This document shows, piece after piece, positions 15,446-25,124 of a stretch of 41,982 nt of DNA. Location: IMG/VR virus record IMGVR_UViG_3300031954_000019, positions 1 to 41,982 of that record, one strand, 5' to 3'. The DNA comes from a virus. Its lineage: Duplodnaviria > Caudoviricetes. The position numbers were made by a program, and so were the translations under genes. The notes under the pieces were generated by a model, which saw only the letters and a list, made by a program, of their open reading frames with translations, had not been told where the DNA came from and did no database searches. Numbering within the stretch: position 1 is the first letter of the stretch; the number at the start of each line of letters is the position of its first letter.

Positions 15446-16136
15446 AGTGCCCTACCAGTACCCGCGTATCGACGGCGCAGCGATATCCGTATTTCCTCGC
15501 GTCCGTCCAGAACTGCAAGTCCTGAGTGCCGACGCCCTCCTTGCCGGCGATCGTCCTGAACCACGGCTTTTTCAATCGGTCGTCTTTGAAAGTCTTTAGC
15601 CGCCAGAGCGTGAATCCCATCGAGAGCCCGCAGCACTCCTGAATCGTGTCAGGTATCGGCACCTGTGGGCGGTAGTTAATCTGTACGTCGCGCGGATCGC
15701 CCCAGATATGCGCGCATCCGCCTTCGCCCTTACACCAGTACAGGCCACCGATCGCCGCGTATTCGGGATGCGCCTCCATATCTTCGATCAACTTAATGAC
15801 CCCATCGGCCGGCGGCATGTTGTCGTGCTCGATCGTGAGCAACCATTCCCAGTCCTTCAAATCGCCGTGAATCATGAAGTCAGAGATTGCCTGACTGTAG
15901 GCGTCGCCTACCTCTTGCCCCAGCGCGAGGTGCCGGTACACGGCCTGATTAGGCGGGAATACCAGTGACCAGTGGGAAAGAGCGACCTTCGCCGGGATGA
16001 GGTCTGCCGATGGCAGCACTACGATCGTGCGCTGTTTCTTCCAGCTGCCGCCCTGTTTGACGCGCGCGATCGATTTACCGAGGTCTGAATTGTGCCGTCC
16101 CCTGAAATCCGTACTCACTACTTGTGCTTTAGCCAT
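15402..16136 (-). CDS. GT-A fold (family 2-like) glycosyltransferase
   Basis: EWLLTIEHDN (DxD-equivalent), IGGLY, GLSMGFTL, PWF, TQDLQFW, GY..AVDTRVLVGH. Confidence 0.75.
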   Translation of the reverse strand: MAKAQVVSTDFRGRHNSDLGKSIARVKQGGSWKKQRTIVVLPSADLIPAKVALSHWSLVFPPNQAVYRHLALGQEVGDAYSQAISDFMIHGDLKDWEWLLTIEHDNMPPADGVIKLIEDMEAHPEYAAIGGLYWCKGEGGCAHIWGDPRDVQINYRPQVPIPDTIQECCGLSMGFTLWRLKTFKDDRLKKPWFRTIAGKEGVGTQDLQFWTDARKYGYRCAVDTRVLVGHYDYDGKFGAADTVW

Positions 16137-16834
16137 TAGGTCGTCCAGCCTACACCGGCGCTCCACGTGGGGAAATAAATAGCAGTCGCTCCGCCGTATT
16201 GTAAAGCGTTAGTCCAGTTAAAAGTCGCCGTCACAGCGGCATTCGATGTCGTTATCCACCAGCCTGCGGCTATACCGATCGTGGCGTTACGTTGCGGACT
16301 GCTTGTCGACGCCGTGAATGGGCTCGCCACAGACATCGTCGTAGTGGTGCCGGGATCCCCGGCTGTCGCTAAGCAAGAGAGCGCGAGCATGCCTGCGAAT
16401 GGGATAGTGGTAGTCGTCCCTCCGGTCCCTGTAGTGACGCTACTGGCACCGCTATTCGTGGCTGCTGCCGTTGCGGTACCGGGAGGCACCTGAGCCGCGT
16501 AGCCAAGACCAGTCCACTCTTCAGCGATGAACGCTGCAGCCGTGTTTGCACCAGATTGCGTGATCGACATGGTGACGGCCTGAGAGCCGCCCTGCCCAAG
16601 GAAAATGAATGGACACGCGGCAATACCAATCGCTTCACGTGGCCCCTGATATATATCCTGTTCGTAATTATTGGTGCCGTCTGAGATGGTGAACGTGCGA
16701 TTCGCTGCCCCACCGAAATAAACTACGATCAAATTACCGGGAGTCACATTGGACGGGAAAGCAGCCGTAAGCGGCAAGCTTGCTCCCGAGTTACCCGAGG
16801 CCCCGCAGGCTTGTACGACCGCTGGTGCTGGCAT
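16136..16834 (-). CDS. Ala/Thr/Gly-rich beta-sandwich virion accessory protein
   Basis: PSNVTPGNLIVV...TISDGTNNY; position after spike gene. Confidence 0.65.
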   Translation of the reverse strand: MPAPAVVQACGASGNSGASLPLTAAFPSNVTPGNLIVVYFGGAANRTFTISDGTNNYEQDIYQGPREAIGIAACPFIFLGQGGSQAVTMSITQSGANTAAAFIAEEWTGLGYAAQVPPGTATAAATNSGASSVTTGTGGTTTTIPFAGMLALSCLATAGDPGTTTTMSVASPFTASTSSPQRNATIGIAAGWWITTSNAAVTATFNWTNALQYGGATAIYFPTWSAGVGWTT

Positions 16835-16836
16835 AG

Positions 16837-19800
16837 TTACACCACGTAAAGAAACAGGGTTTTCGTGATCGTGCGCGGAGGCGTCGCACTGTCGGTGACA
16901 GAGAACGTCGCAATCTCTATTTCTCCAGCGATGCCCGCTCCCGGTGTCCCGCCAATAGCACCGGTGGCTGAATTAGTCACTGACAGCCAGTTACCGGTAT
17001 TCGGCGTGCACGATGTCATTGTCCACGTCTGCGCGCCGGTCGCGCCGGTCGTCGCCAGAGTCGTCGAGTATGCCACGCTATGCGTTGCGTTCGGTAGCGG
17101 GGAAGTCGTTGAGACGAAGTAATAGCCACGGAATCCGATCGGCCCGCCATCGCTTGCCGCAGTGGCATATGTGCCGCTCGTGATGACCCAGTCATGCGGA
17201 TTCGCGGGAAATGTGGTGTTGTTGACGAAATTCGCAAAGCCACAGCTGGCGTACACGACGTTAGGTTTATCGTTCGTAGAATAGCTAGTTGCGTCTGGGC
17301 TGCTGCCGGTGTACAGGTTGTAATCTACTAAACCCGATGTTGGGGTATTCGGGAATAGCGTGCTGAACGTAGACGCGCCGTGGCCTAAGCCGCCACCCGT
17401 GAAAGCGTTGCCAGCGTCGAAGACATTGTTAGTGATCGTTATGCGATCCGAGTAAATCTGTCGGCCGTTGGGAGTAAACCCATCAGACGCATAGTTGAAT
17501 ACGCTGATCCCGTTGTTGAAGTAACCGTATACGCCGTAATTCTGCGCTTGTGACCAGAACGCATTGGAACTGTTAACGATGTAGGTGTTGTGATCCCAGA
17601 TTTGATCTGGGACATTGAATGCGAGGTGAGTGCAGAACGGCTGCGTGCTGGTATTACCGATCGCTGACAGGTCTGGCACGTCGAGATAGCACAGGTTGTT
17701 CACGAACCGCATTCGGGCACACTGGGTCCAGTAGACACCCCCATTCTGTGCCGTGACACCTCCGGTGGGACCAGAGGGATACGCCATGCCCCCGGTGTGG
17801 AGAATCAGGTTGTCATGGACGTTCACGTCCGTTCCCTGAACCCAACCATTATTACCCATCTGGTCATTGGCCCAGAACACGAAGCATCGACCGCGCTGCG
17901 ACTGCACGAACGCCATGGCGCAGTAGGAGAACACTGAACCGTATACCTCAATACGGTTGATCGCTTTGTGCTCCATGATGTTCTTGAAATCTGCGCCGCT
18001 GGAATTCGTGAACCATGTCGAATCCTTGCCAAGCCAGTTGTAACGGCACGTCCAGTCGCGCGGTGGATTCAGAGGATCTATCTCGACGCCGCCCGTGAAC
18101 CAGCATTCAGTCACCGCTGACAGGTAACTGTTCTGCACGCAAACGTTCTGACCGCCATGCCCAAAGATCGCGTGTGATTCGTTGACCGGATATCCAGTCA
18201 GCTGCGGAAGAATAAAATTGGCGGCTGTGGTTGCTGCGATCGTAAGGTTTGGACTCCACGTGACGCTGGCATTGCCGGAGGTGCATACCGTATCGCGCAC
18301 CTCACCACTGCTGAACACGAAACGGAAAGTTCCTGACCCCTGATTCTGCCCGTTGGGATTCGTTCCCCAGTTAGTCGTCAGCGTGGCGCCGCCAGCCCCG
18401 ATTCCCGGTCCCGCCGTGAACGTGGCCGCTTGGGAGCTGAGCCCGTCCCATGTATCGCTATGACCCTGACAGTAGCACTGATGAATGAGCAGGTTATTGC
18501 AATTGACGTGAAACCCGTAGCGACTGAAGCTGTAACCGCTCGACGCGAAAATCTGCGTTGGATCACAGCCGGTCATGCAGCGATCGAAGGCAATGTTATT
18601 AGCCGGCGTCGGACTCGGCGAGCCGATCGTGGGGAACGGCATCTGCACACAATACTGGTTAGCCCAGCCAGTGAACATGAATTGCAGATTCGCGGATGAC
18701 TGCGTGTAGCCGAGCCCCGGGCTCCAGTTAACTGCCGTGCTGCCGTTCGTCATGTTGACCGAGCGCGTCTCCCCACTGGGGAAAAAGATGAGCCAGAAAC
18801 CCGATGTGTTGGTAACGCCGGGGAATCCCGCCGTCAGTGTCGCGCTAGTGGCGCCGGTGCTTGGGATAGCAGTCACAGCCAGTGTCATGGTTCCATTCGT
18901 CAGAGGTGGACGGAACCAGATACCTATGAATCTAAGATAATTCGCGCCTTGGTTGAGAGTCAGTGATACGCCATTTACTACAGAGCATTGAATCTGTGCC
19001 ATCGATCCCGTGTCGGTGTTGTGTACCCAATTCCCTCCCGCACCACTGCTGAGATTGGAAATCCCTGCGCCGAGGTTGGTGTTGTAGCTATACGCTGGCA
19101 GAGTTCCGCCCGCGCCGATGTACTCCTTTGCCTGACTGGAAACAATGTATGTCCACTTATTGCTGGGGTTGGAGACTTGAGGCCAAAAATACCCAGCGCT
19201 AGCACCAGTGTCATACGTTGCGCCGGCCGTCAGAACTATAACGTCGCCGGGGGCATAACCATTGATAGCATGTTGCAGCGAGCAATTGACCGATCCTCCC
19301 GGTCCCGTGCCGGCAGTATCTCCCGGTGTGAGTACCGTGCACGTCCACGTCGTGCCACCTGTCGGCAGAGATGGCGGTACTATCCAGCTGTCAGGATTCG
19401 TCGGCGCCGTAGGCAGGGCAGCAGCGCCGGTCGCCAGCGTAGTAATCGGTCCTATCGTGATACCGGGGCTCTCAGCGCTGGTCGCCGGATTGAAAGACTT
19501 GACTACATAGGTGTACGTCGTGTTTGGAGTCAGCGCTGTGCTAGGTGGGCAACCATCCATGTAGCCGCCCATGGTATTCCCGAAAGGATCCTGTACCTGA
19601 TTGGAGCGAAGTAAGCTGCCATTGCGATAAATGTTGATGTGATTCCAGATGACCTTGATCGAGCTGATCGCAACGAATCCAAGCCCGCCACTCCAACTGA
19701 TCGCTGTGCTGCCGTTGGTGAGATTTCCTCCGGTGTGTCGTTCTAAAATATTTCCGTTGGTAAATTCCAAAACGTAATTTGTATCGGTAAGTCCACTGAA

Positions 19801-20016
19801 CGGAGCAGTTAGTGTCGCGCTCGTGCTCCCACCTGACATCGTTCCGGTCGCGGTAGCCGAAGACGTAGTTCCATCCCAACCAAACGAGTAAGTCGTGAGC
19901 CCTATTTGCCCCGGCCACACGGCTGCAGGATCCGCCATCGTCGCGCCGCCGCCGGGAACAAACGCTGTCCCTCCAGTCTCGATGACGCGGCCGAGACTAT
20001 CAACCAATACGGTCAT
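16837..20016 (-). CDS. tail spike/depolymerase-like protein: Fn3-like, right-handed beta-helix and C-terminal Ig-like domains
   Basis: IYRNG...LTPNTTYTYVV (Fn3); LQHAINGYAPGDVIVLTAGATY and Asn-ladder repeats (beta-helix); LPNATHSVAYSTTL...TGAIGGTP...FSVTDS (putative Ig). Confidence 0.75.
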   Translation of the reverse strand: MTVLVDSLGRVIETGGTAFVPGGGATMADPAAVWPGQIGLTTYSFGWDGTTSSATATGTMSGGSTSATLTAPFSGLTDTNYVLEFTNGNILERHTGGNLTNGSTAISWSGGLGFVAISSIKVIWNHINIYRNGSLLRSNQVQDPFGNTMGGYMDGCPPSTALTPNTTYTYVVKSFNPATSAESPGITIGPITTLATGAAALPTAPTNPDSWIVPPSLPTGGTTWTCTVLTPGDTAGTGPGGSVNCSLQHAINGYAPGDVIVLTAGATYDTGASAGYFWPQVSNPSNKWTYIVSSQAKEYIGAGGTLPAYSYNTNLGAGISNLSSGAGGNWVHNTDTGSMAQIQCSVVNGVSLTLNQGANYLRFIGIWFRPPLTNGTMTLAVTAIPSTGATSATLTAGFPGVTNTSGFWLIFFPSGETRSVNMTNGSTAVNWSPGLGYTQSSANLQFMFTGWANQYCVQMPFPTIGSPSPTPANNIAFDRCMTGCDPTQIFASSGYSFSRYGFHVNCNNLLIHQCYCQGHSDTWDGLSSQAATFTAGPGIGAGGATLTTNWGTNPNGQNQGSGTFRFVFSSGEVRDTVCTSGNASVTWSPNLTIAATTAANFILPQLTGYPVNESHAIFGHGGQNVCVQNSYLSAVTECWFTGGVEIDPLNPPRDWTCRYNWLGKDSTWFTNSSGADFKNIMEHKAINRIEVYGSVFSYCAMAFVQSQRGRCFVFWANDQMGNNGWVQGTDVNVHDNLILHTGGMAYPSGPTGGVTAQNGGVYWTQCARMRFVNNLCYLDVPDLSAIGNTSTQPFCTHLAFNVPDQIWDHNTYIVNSSNAFWSQAQNYGVYGYFNNGISVFNYASDGFTPNGRQIYSDRITITNNVFDAGNAFTGGGLGHGASTFSTLFPNTPTSGLVDYNLYTGSSPDATSYSTNDKPNVVYASCGFANFVNNTTFPANPHDWVITSGTYATAASDGGPIGFRGYYFVSTTSPLPNATHSVAYSTTLATTGATGAQTWTMTSCTPNTGNWLSVTNSATGAIGGTPGAGIAGEIEIATFSVTDSATPPRTITKTLFLYVV

Positions 20017-20019
20017 GGC

Positions 20020-22497
20020 TTAAGCCGTGAAGTTATGGAAATTCAGCAGGCTGACGGTAAAGCTGGGACTGAGGCCAGTCAAATGCGAAAACGCCATGGA
20101 TCCCGGCAACGCAGCCGAAGTCGTCGACCACGATCCCATTCCCGGCAGCATTTGGACAGTGGTAGTCGTCGCGGCTCCGAGCAAGCCGTAATTGCTACCA
20201 AACTGCGCGCCCATTCCGCACAACGTTATCCAGTTCGCATTAGTAAACGTCGTGTTCGACATGACCGCGTACCAGACATCTCCGCCAGTGTAGTTGACAT
20301 TGATCGGCACAGAGATACGACGGGCGCCGGTGAGCGAACCGAAAGAGTTATTGGAAGTATTCTGCATCGCATAAGACTGCGAGCCGGACGTCGCAAGCGA
20401 GAGCGTCGAGGCGTTGCGCGTGTACAGGCCGACGTAGAACGAGAAGTTCGCTGAACAAGAAGAATTGCTGCTGCTGGAAACAGACACTGTCACGAACATG
20501 TCGGCGCGCGTCGCCGTGAATGGATATGGATTCGAAATCGGTGCGACGCCGATGACGCCGTTGGAACTCTGGTTGCTGGTTGTTAACGTGAATACGTTAT
20601 CCATAGCCAGCGCTTGGAACATGGACAACTGCGGCGGCAAAGCCGATATCACGATCGAACCGTTGGACAGCCCAACCGACACTTGGCCGGCTCCGCTGAT
20701 TGAGAACGACGACAGATTTACGGAATTGCTCGACGTCTGAGTAGTGTTCCCCACCGCGAACACGCTAGCCGGCGCGAGGCCCACCGATATCGTCGAGGCA
20801 TTCGTTTGGACCGTGATGCCAGAAGCCCCGGAAATGGACGACGTTGCGGGGGCAGATATCAGAAGTGAGCCATTCGATATGCCAGCGCTCACTCCACCAA
20901 GAGCATTCACTATCATCGAAGACTGGGCGATTGTGCCGCTGGACGATGAGACCGTATTGCCGGTAGCGAAGTAGGTGTTAGTCCCAGCGCCGCCGCCGGC
21001 ACCCGCGCTGATCGTGATCGTCTGATATGTTTGCGTGCCGAATATGCCGTTGGCAGCTGTCTGGGTAGACACCGACAACGTGATGTTATTGCCTCCAGCA
21101 AAAACCGCTTGACCCGATTGCAGGCCGGTGTTTCCGGAAGTGTTTCCTATGTTAGAAACCCCAATGAAGAGGGGCGGCACTCCGAGCTGTAATGACCCGT
21201 TGCTGATACCTCCATAGAGAGCGTTATTGTTGTTGGTCGCGCTGGAGCCCTGAACGACAACGCTGGACAGGGCGAGCGTGCCGCTGGAGGTGAACGGGGT
21301 AAGGGAATTACCCAACCAGTAACCAGTCATCGAATTGGCAGCGCCACCGGCGCCGGCCGAAATGGTGACAGTCATGGACCCGGCATTGGTCGAGCCGGAG
21401 AGCGTTACGTTGTTACCGCCGGCCAGAACCAGCTGGCCCGTGACTACGCCTGTGTTTCCAGAAGTGTTACCGCCGGTCGAAACGCCCCCTGAAAAGGATG
21501 TGAACGCGGCCGATTGTGGCGCGGAGATGACCAGTGTGTTACCGGTCATGCCGGCTGAAACGATGCCATCTCCGCTCACCACAAGGGATGAGAGCGGCAT
21601 AGTTCCAGAGGTCGATTGAGTGGTGTTTCCAGTCCCGTAGACCGTCAGAGTGTTGGCGCCTCCACCGGCGCCGCCGCTGATGGTGATCGTCTGTACGGTG
21701 CAGGTACCGTATAGACCATTATTCGCGGTTTGAGTCGAGACAGAGAGAGTGATGTTGGCTCCGCCAGCTAACACCATCTGAAGAGACTGGATTCCGGTGT
21801 TACCGGACGTGTTACCGATATTCGATACGCCCGCGAAGTAATTCGGCACGCCTACCTGCAAGGTGCCAGCGGAGAGTCCCACGTATGCCGCATTTAGCCC
21901 GCGTACCGAGTAGCTCACCTCATTGATCGACGAACTGGTGCTGTTACCGGTAAGAGTGTTACCCAGCAAGAACGCAGAGAGCGTGCCGCCGCCACCACCT
22001 CCAGCTGCAGCACTCAGAGCCAGATTCAGGCCAGCGGTATTGATCGTGATCGATCCGCTGACGTTGGTGCCAGCGAACGTCGTATTCGTACCGATATTAG
22101 CGGTGTCACTGAATGAAGCTGTGACTATCGAACTGTTCGACAGCCCAAACGACATGTTATTTGAATTGCTGAATACCACCTGTCCGCTAGTGGCATTCTG
22201 CGTGCCGGCCGATAGCGCCGATACTCCCGGCTGGAAGCTGGCGGTGAGGTTCGATGAATTCGAAAGACCGAAACTGATGTTGTTGCTGTTAACGAAGCTG
22301 ACGCTCTGAGAGGTGAGCGTCTGTGTGCCGGCGATAACGCCGCCGATCCCAGCAGCTGGGCCGGGATTGACAGTAGCGGTAAGAGTTCCGCCCGATACGC
22401 CGAAAGTCACGCCATTGGAGTTCGCAAACGAGACGACGCCTTGCGCAGTCCCGGTGCCGGCAATGACGCCACCACCTCCGCCACCTCTTACACTCAC
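20020..22497 (-). CDS. Ser/Thr/Gly/Asn-rich repetitive fibre protein
   Basis: 825 aa with repeated modules (SF.NSN..SFG; GNTSGNTG...AGG.N.TLS); almost no charged residues. Confidence 0.75.
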   Translation of the reverse strand: MSVRGGGGGGVIAGTGTAQGVVSFANSNGVTFGVSGGTLTATVNPGPAAGIGGVIAGTQTLTSQSVSFVNSNNISFGLSNSSNLTASFQPGVSALSAGTQNATSGQVVFSNSNNMSFGLSNSSIVTASFSDTANIGTNTTFAGTNVSGSITINTAGLNLALSAAAGGGGGGTLSAFLLGNTLTGNSTSSSINEVSYSVRGLNAAYVGLSAGTLQVGVPNYFAGVSNIGNTSGNTGIQSLQMVLAGGANITLSVSTQTANNGLYGTCTVQTITISGGAGGGANTLTVYGTGNTTQSTSGTMPLSSLVVSGDGIVSAGMTGNTLVISAPQSAAFTSFSGGVSTGGNTSGNTGVVTGQLVLAGGNNVTLSGSTNAGSMTVTISAGAGGAANSMTGYWLGNSLTPFTSSGTLALSSVVVQGSSATNNNNALYGGISNGSLQLGVPPLFIGVSNIGNTSGNTGLQSGQAVFAGGNNITLSVSTQTAANGIFGTQTYQTITISAGAGGGAGTNTYFATGNTVSSSSGTIAQSSMIVNALGGVSAGISNGSLLISAPATSSISGASGITVQTNASTISVGLAPASVFAVGNTTQTSSNSVNLSSFSISGAGQVSVGLSNGSIVISALPPQLSMFQALAMDNVFTLTTSNQSSNGVIGVAPISNPYPFTATRADMFVTVSVSSSSNSSCSANFSFYVGLYTRNASTLSLATSGSQSYAMQNTSNNSFGSLTGARRISVPINVNYTGGDVWYAVMSNTTFTNANWITLCGMGAQFGSNYGLLGAATTTTVQMLPGMGSWSTTSAALPGSMAFSHLTGLSPSFTVSLLNFHNFTA

Positions 22498-22853
22498 ATG
22501 CCTTCTCCCAGCATGAAGTAGTACGGAATTGACGTGCCCGTCGAGATGTCATTGACCCAGAGTGTCTGGCCCGTAGGCAGCGTGAACGTCTGCACGACAT
22601 TGGGGACCAGCAACCAGCCCAGTTTACCGTTTCCAGCCCCCGCCGATGGCAGTGCGATCGTCGTCGTGGCAGTCGTGAACGACACGAAAATGTTCGTGCC
22701 GCCGGCATTCACGATCCAGATTTGAGGTGGAAATGTGACCGTGAGGCCCAGATTGGCGAGGCTGATCTGCGTCGAGTTTGCTGTACTGGCGACGCCGTTG
22801 GTTTGCAGCTGAATCGTGTTCGACTGCGGGGCAAATGACATTACGCCAGCCAT
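22494..22853 (-). CDS. small beta-rich virion protein
   Basis: 119-aa ORF coupled to the fibre gene; AAGGGG upstream. Confidence 0.65.
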   Translation of the reverse strand: MAGVMSFAPQSNTIQLQTNGVASTANSTQISLANLGLTVTFPPQIWIVNAGGTNIFVSFTTATTTIALPSAGAGNGKLGWLLVPNVVQTFTLPTGQTLWVNDISTGTSIPYYFMLGEGM

Positions 22854-22856
22854 GGT

Positions 22857-23141
22857 TCACCCCTTATTGACTTCTATGCTGCCGGGGTCATCGAAGTCCG
22901 TACCGTTGAAGTTGTCCCCGGTGCTCGCGTTGCGCGATACATCCGGCTTCCCACTGGCATTCGTGGGCCCCCAGTTAACCCCGCTATCGCTACCCCGGCC
23001 GAGTACATCCGGCCGGATATTGCGCTGCGTCCGATGGTTGAACCGGAAGTTCATGAAATTGTCCATGATCCCCGGTGACGTGGGGGTCGCTGGACGCTCG
23101 TTTGTGATCGAGCTACGACGTTTCGTGATCCTTGGGGCCAT
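22857..23141 (-). CDS. hypothetical protein
   Basis: ATG 23141 after AGGAG. Confidence 0.6.
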   Translation of the reverse strand: MAPRITKRRSSITNERPATPTSPGIMDNFMNFRFNHRTQRNIRPDVLGRGSDSGVNWGPTNASGKPDVSRNASTGDNFNGTDFDDPGSIEVNKG

Positions 23142-23337
23142 GGCGTTCACTCCTGTACAGCACTGGCAGGAATACCAGCACTGAAAATGAAGCGGCAACC
23201 GCTAGAGATATCCAACTGTGATACCACATCGACCAAAAGAACAATCCTGCATTGATCCCAAGCGTCACCAGTACCAGAATCTTCGTCGACAGTACCTGTA
23301 GAGCGATGCTCAGAATGCTCGCTGCGTCAGTTGCCAT
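23113..23337 (-). CDS. small two-TM membrane protein
   Basis: ILVLVTLGINAGLFFW and WISLAVAASFSVLVFLPVLY; TAAGGGCAC upstream. Confidence 0.65.
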   Translation of the reverse strand: MATDAASILSIALQVLSTKILVLVTLGINAGLFFWSMWYHSWISLAVAASFSVLVFLPVLYRSERHGPKDHETS

Positions 23338-23356
23338 TACCGTGCCCTTACTGAAT

Positions 23357-23545
23357 TCAAATTTTAGCTGGGTCGAGGCTTGCGAATTTCCCGCCTTTTC
23401 CTTCGTCACTGTGCTTGTACAAAAGACTGTAAGCTCTCAGTAATCTGTCTGCAATCTGTAACTTTTCTTTCACGGTCGCCGCTGTCTCCAGCATCCCGTT
23501 GAGCAACGCGATCGTCTGGTCAAGCCCCTCAGTCTTCTCCGTCAT
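23357..23545 (-). CDS. hypothetical protein
   Basis: ATG 23545 after GGAG. Confidence 0.6.
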   Translation of the reverse strand: MTEKTEGLDQTIALLNGMLETAATVKEKLQIADRLLRAYSLLYKHSDEGKGGKFASLDPAKI

Positions 23546-25124
23546 CCGGTGCTCCAAAGTCTTCGTACCCCATAATCGCGGCACCACTGCCTATTCCACG
23601 GGCCAGCTCGCGCGCAGTGCTTCGTTTCCCCCCGCGCATGTTCTTCAACATCTTACGTTGCACCGTTTCAGTGCCCAATGCCCAGCGGCTGACTGGGCGC
23701 GCCAGAATCAGGCCAGTGATCTTGGGATGCCCAGAAACCATGCCCGAGCCGCCCAGTAGGTAATCGATAGCGCTGAATTCGCCGGTTTCGCCTGTGGTGC
23801 TGACGCTCTGGACGTCCTTTTTGAAGTTGCGCGCGGTCATGCCGATCGTCTTCAGGCCCCCCGAGAGGGGCATTTTCCTCTCAATTCCCAGAGCATAATC
23901 GGACGCACGCACATGCCCGCCCGGTCCCATGGAATCCTCGACAAACGAGATTTTCGATAGTGCCACGCGAGCCGCGCGTAACCGGTCGATCGCGTGCGGA
24001 TCCTTCAGTGTCAAGTGCGCGACGCGCTGCAATTCCTCATCGATAGCGTCGGAAATCTCTCGCTGAGTCTGTCCCAGCGCATTCGCTTCTGGATTGTAGT
24101 TCCGTAGATTCATTCTCGACAGGCGCCGTAGTTCGCGCACTTCATCTTTCGCCTCGCCGGCATTGAACCACATGGTTTTATAGTTGGCCTTTTCCTTTTC
24201 GATCGATTCGAAGCGTGAGCCTCCGAAACTCTTCCCCCGGTTGGCGAAACGTCCGCCAGCCGCATCGATCTTGTCGCGGTAATTCCGGCTAGTAGTCACG
24301 TCCCCGATCGTGTCGAAGACCGCATATGGCTCATAGGCTTCCTGTTTCAGTCGCTTGAAGGTGATTTCATCCAAATCCGTCTCCGGCGTAAGGCCCAATT
24401 CCGCCTTGGCGAGCCGGTCACTGACCTCCTCGTTGAACGACGAATTGGTCATGTGCACCTTGGGGCCGCCGGCCATGGTCTGAATGTCCTTTGCCAGCTT
24501 CCCGCCGATGTAGGCAGGAGACAGCTTGTAGCCGGCCGTGTGCGCGTCCTGAGCGGCCTGAGAGGTGATCTTGCTATAGACCCGGCCCCCTTCCTTTTCA
24601 GCGATCCCCAGCAGCTTGCGATCGAGTCCTGCGACACCCCCGCTAGCCAGTATTTCGTTGAATCCCTCCGCAAACTTCCCCATCCCTGCACTGGGGGCGG
24701 AAGTGTATTTGTCGACGATACTATTCCAGTGATCCGACGGGCGCTCAACCAGCGGGCCTAACCCCGGTATGGCGTTGCCGATGTCCGTAGCGATGTCTGG
24801 TATGAAGGAAATGGCCCCGAAAATACCCTTTGCCAGCGGACGCACCACTGAGCTAGTCCCCGGATCCATTTTTCCGGTCGCCGCCGCCTGCGCTCCGCCT
24901 TCCGTGAACACGTCTCCCTCGTTCCCCGTGATCGTCGGGTTACGGGAATCAGGCTGCTGTGCCGATGGTTGGACTGGTGGGCGTTGCATTCCCTGCAGAC
25001 CCTGAGTCTCTTCCTCTTTGCGCTTCGCCTGATACGCCTTAGCAACAGTTTCGAATTGGGAACTACCGCGCTTGTCGGCGTTCTTCGTGATCCACTGGGC
25101 ATATTCTGCTGCGGTAGCCATCAC
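23529..25124 (-). CDS. probable internal virion/DNA ejection protein
   Basis: 531-aa helical protein, third of three large genes after the tail genes (podovirus order). Confidence 0.6.
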   Translation of the reverse strand: MMATAAEYAQWITKNADKRGSSQFETVAKAYQAKRKEEETQGLQGMQRPPVQPSAQQPDSRNPTITGNEGDVFTEGGAQAAATGKMDPGTSSVVRPLAKGIFGAISFIPDIATDIGNAIPGLGPLVERPSDHWNSIVDKYTSAPSAGMGKFAEGFNEILASGGVAGLDRKLLGIAEKEGGRVYSKITSQAAQDAHTAGYKLSPAYIGGKLAKDIQTMAGGPKVHMTNSSFNEEVSDRLAKAELGLTPETDLDEITFKRLKQEAYEPYAVFDTIGDVTTSRNYRDKIDAAGGRFANRGKSFGGSRFESIEKEKANYKTMWFNAGEAKDEVRELRRLSRMNLRNYNPEANALGQTQREISDAIDEELQRVAHLTLKDPHAIDRLRAARVALSKISFVEDSMGPGGHVRASDYALGIERKMPLSGGLKTIGMTARNFKKDVQSVSTTGETGEFSAIDYLLGGSGMVSGHPKITGLILARPVSRWALGTETVQRKMLKNMRGGKRSTARELARGIGSGAAIMGYEDFGAPDDGED

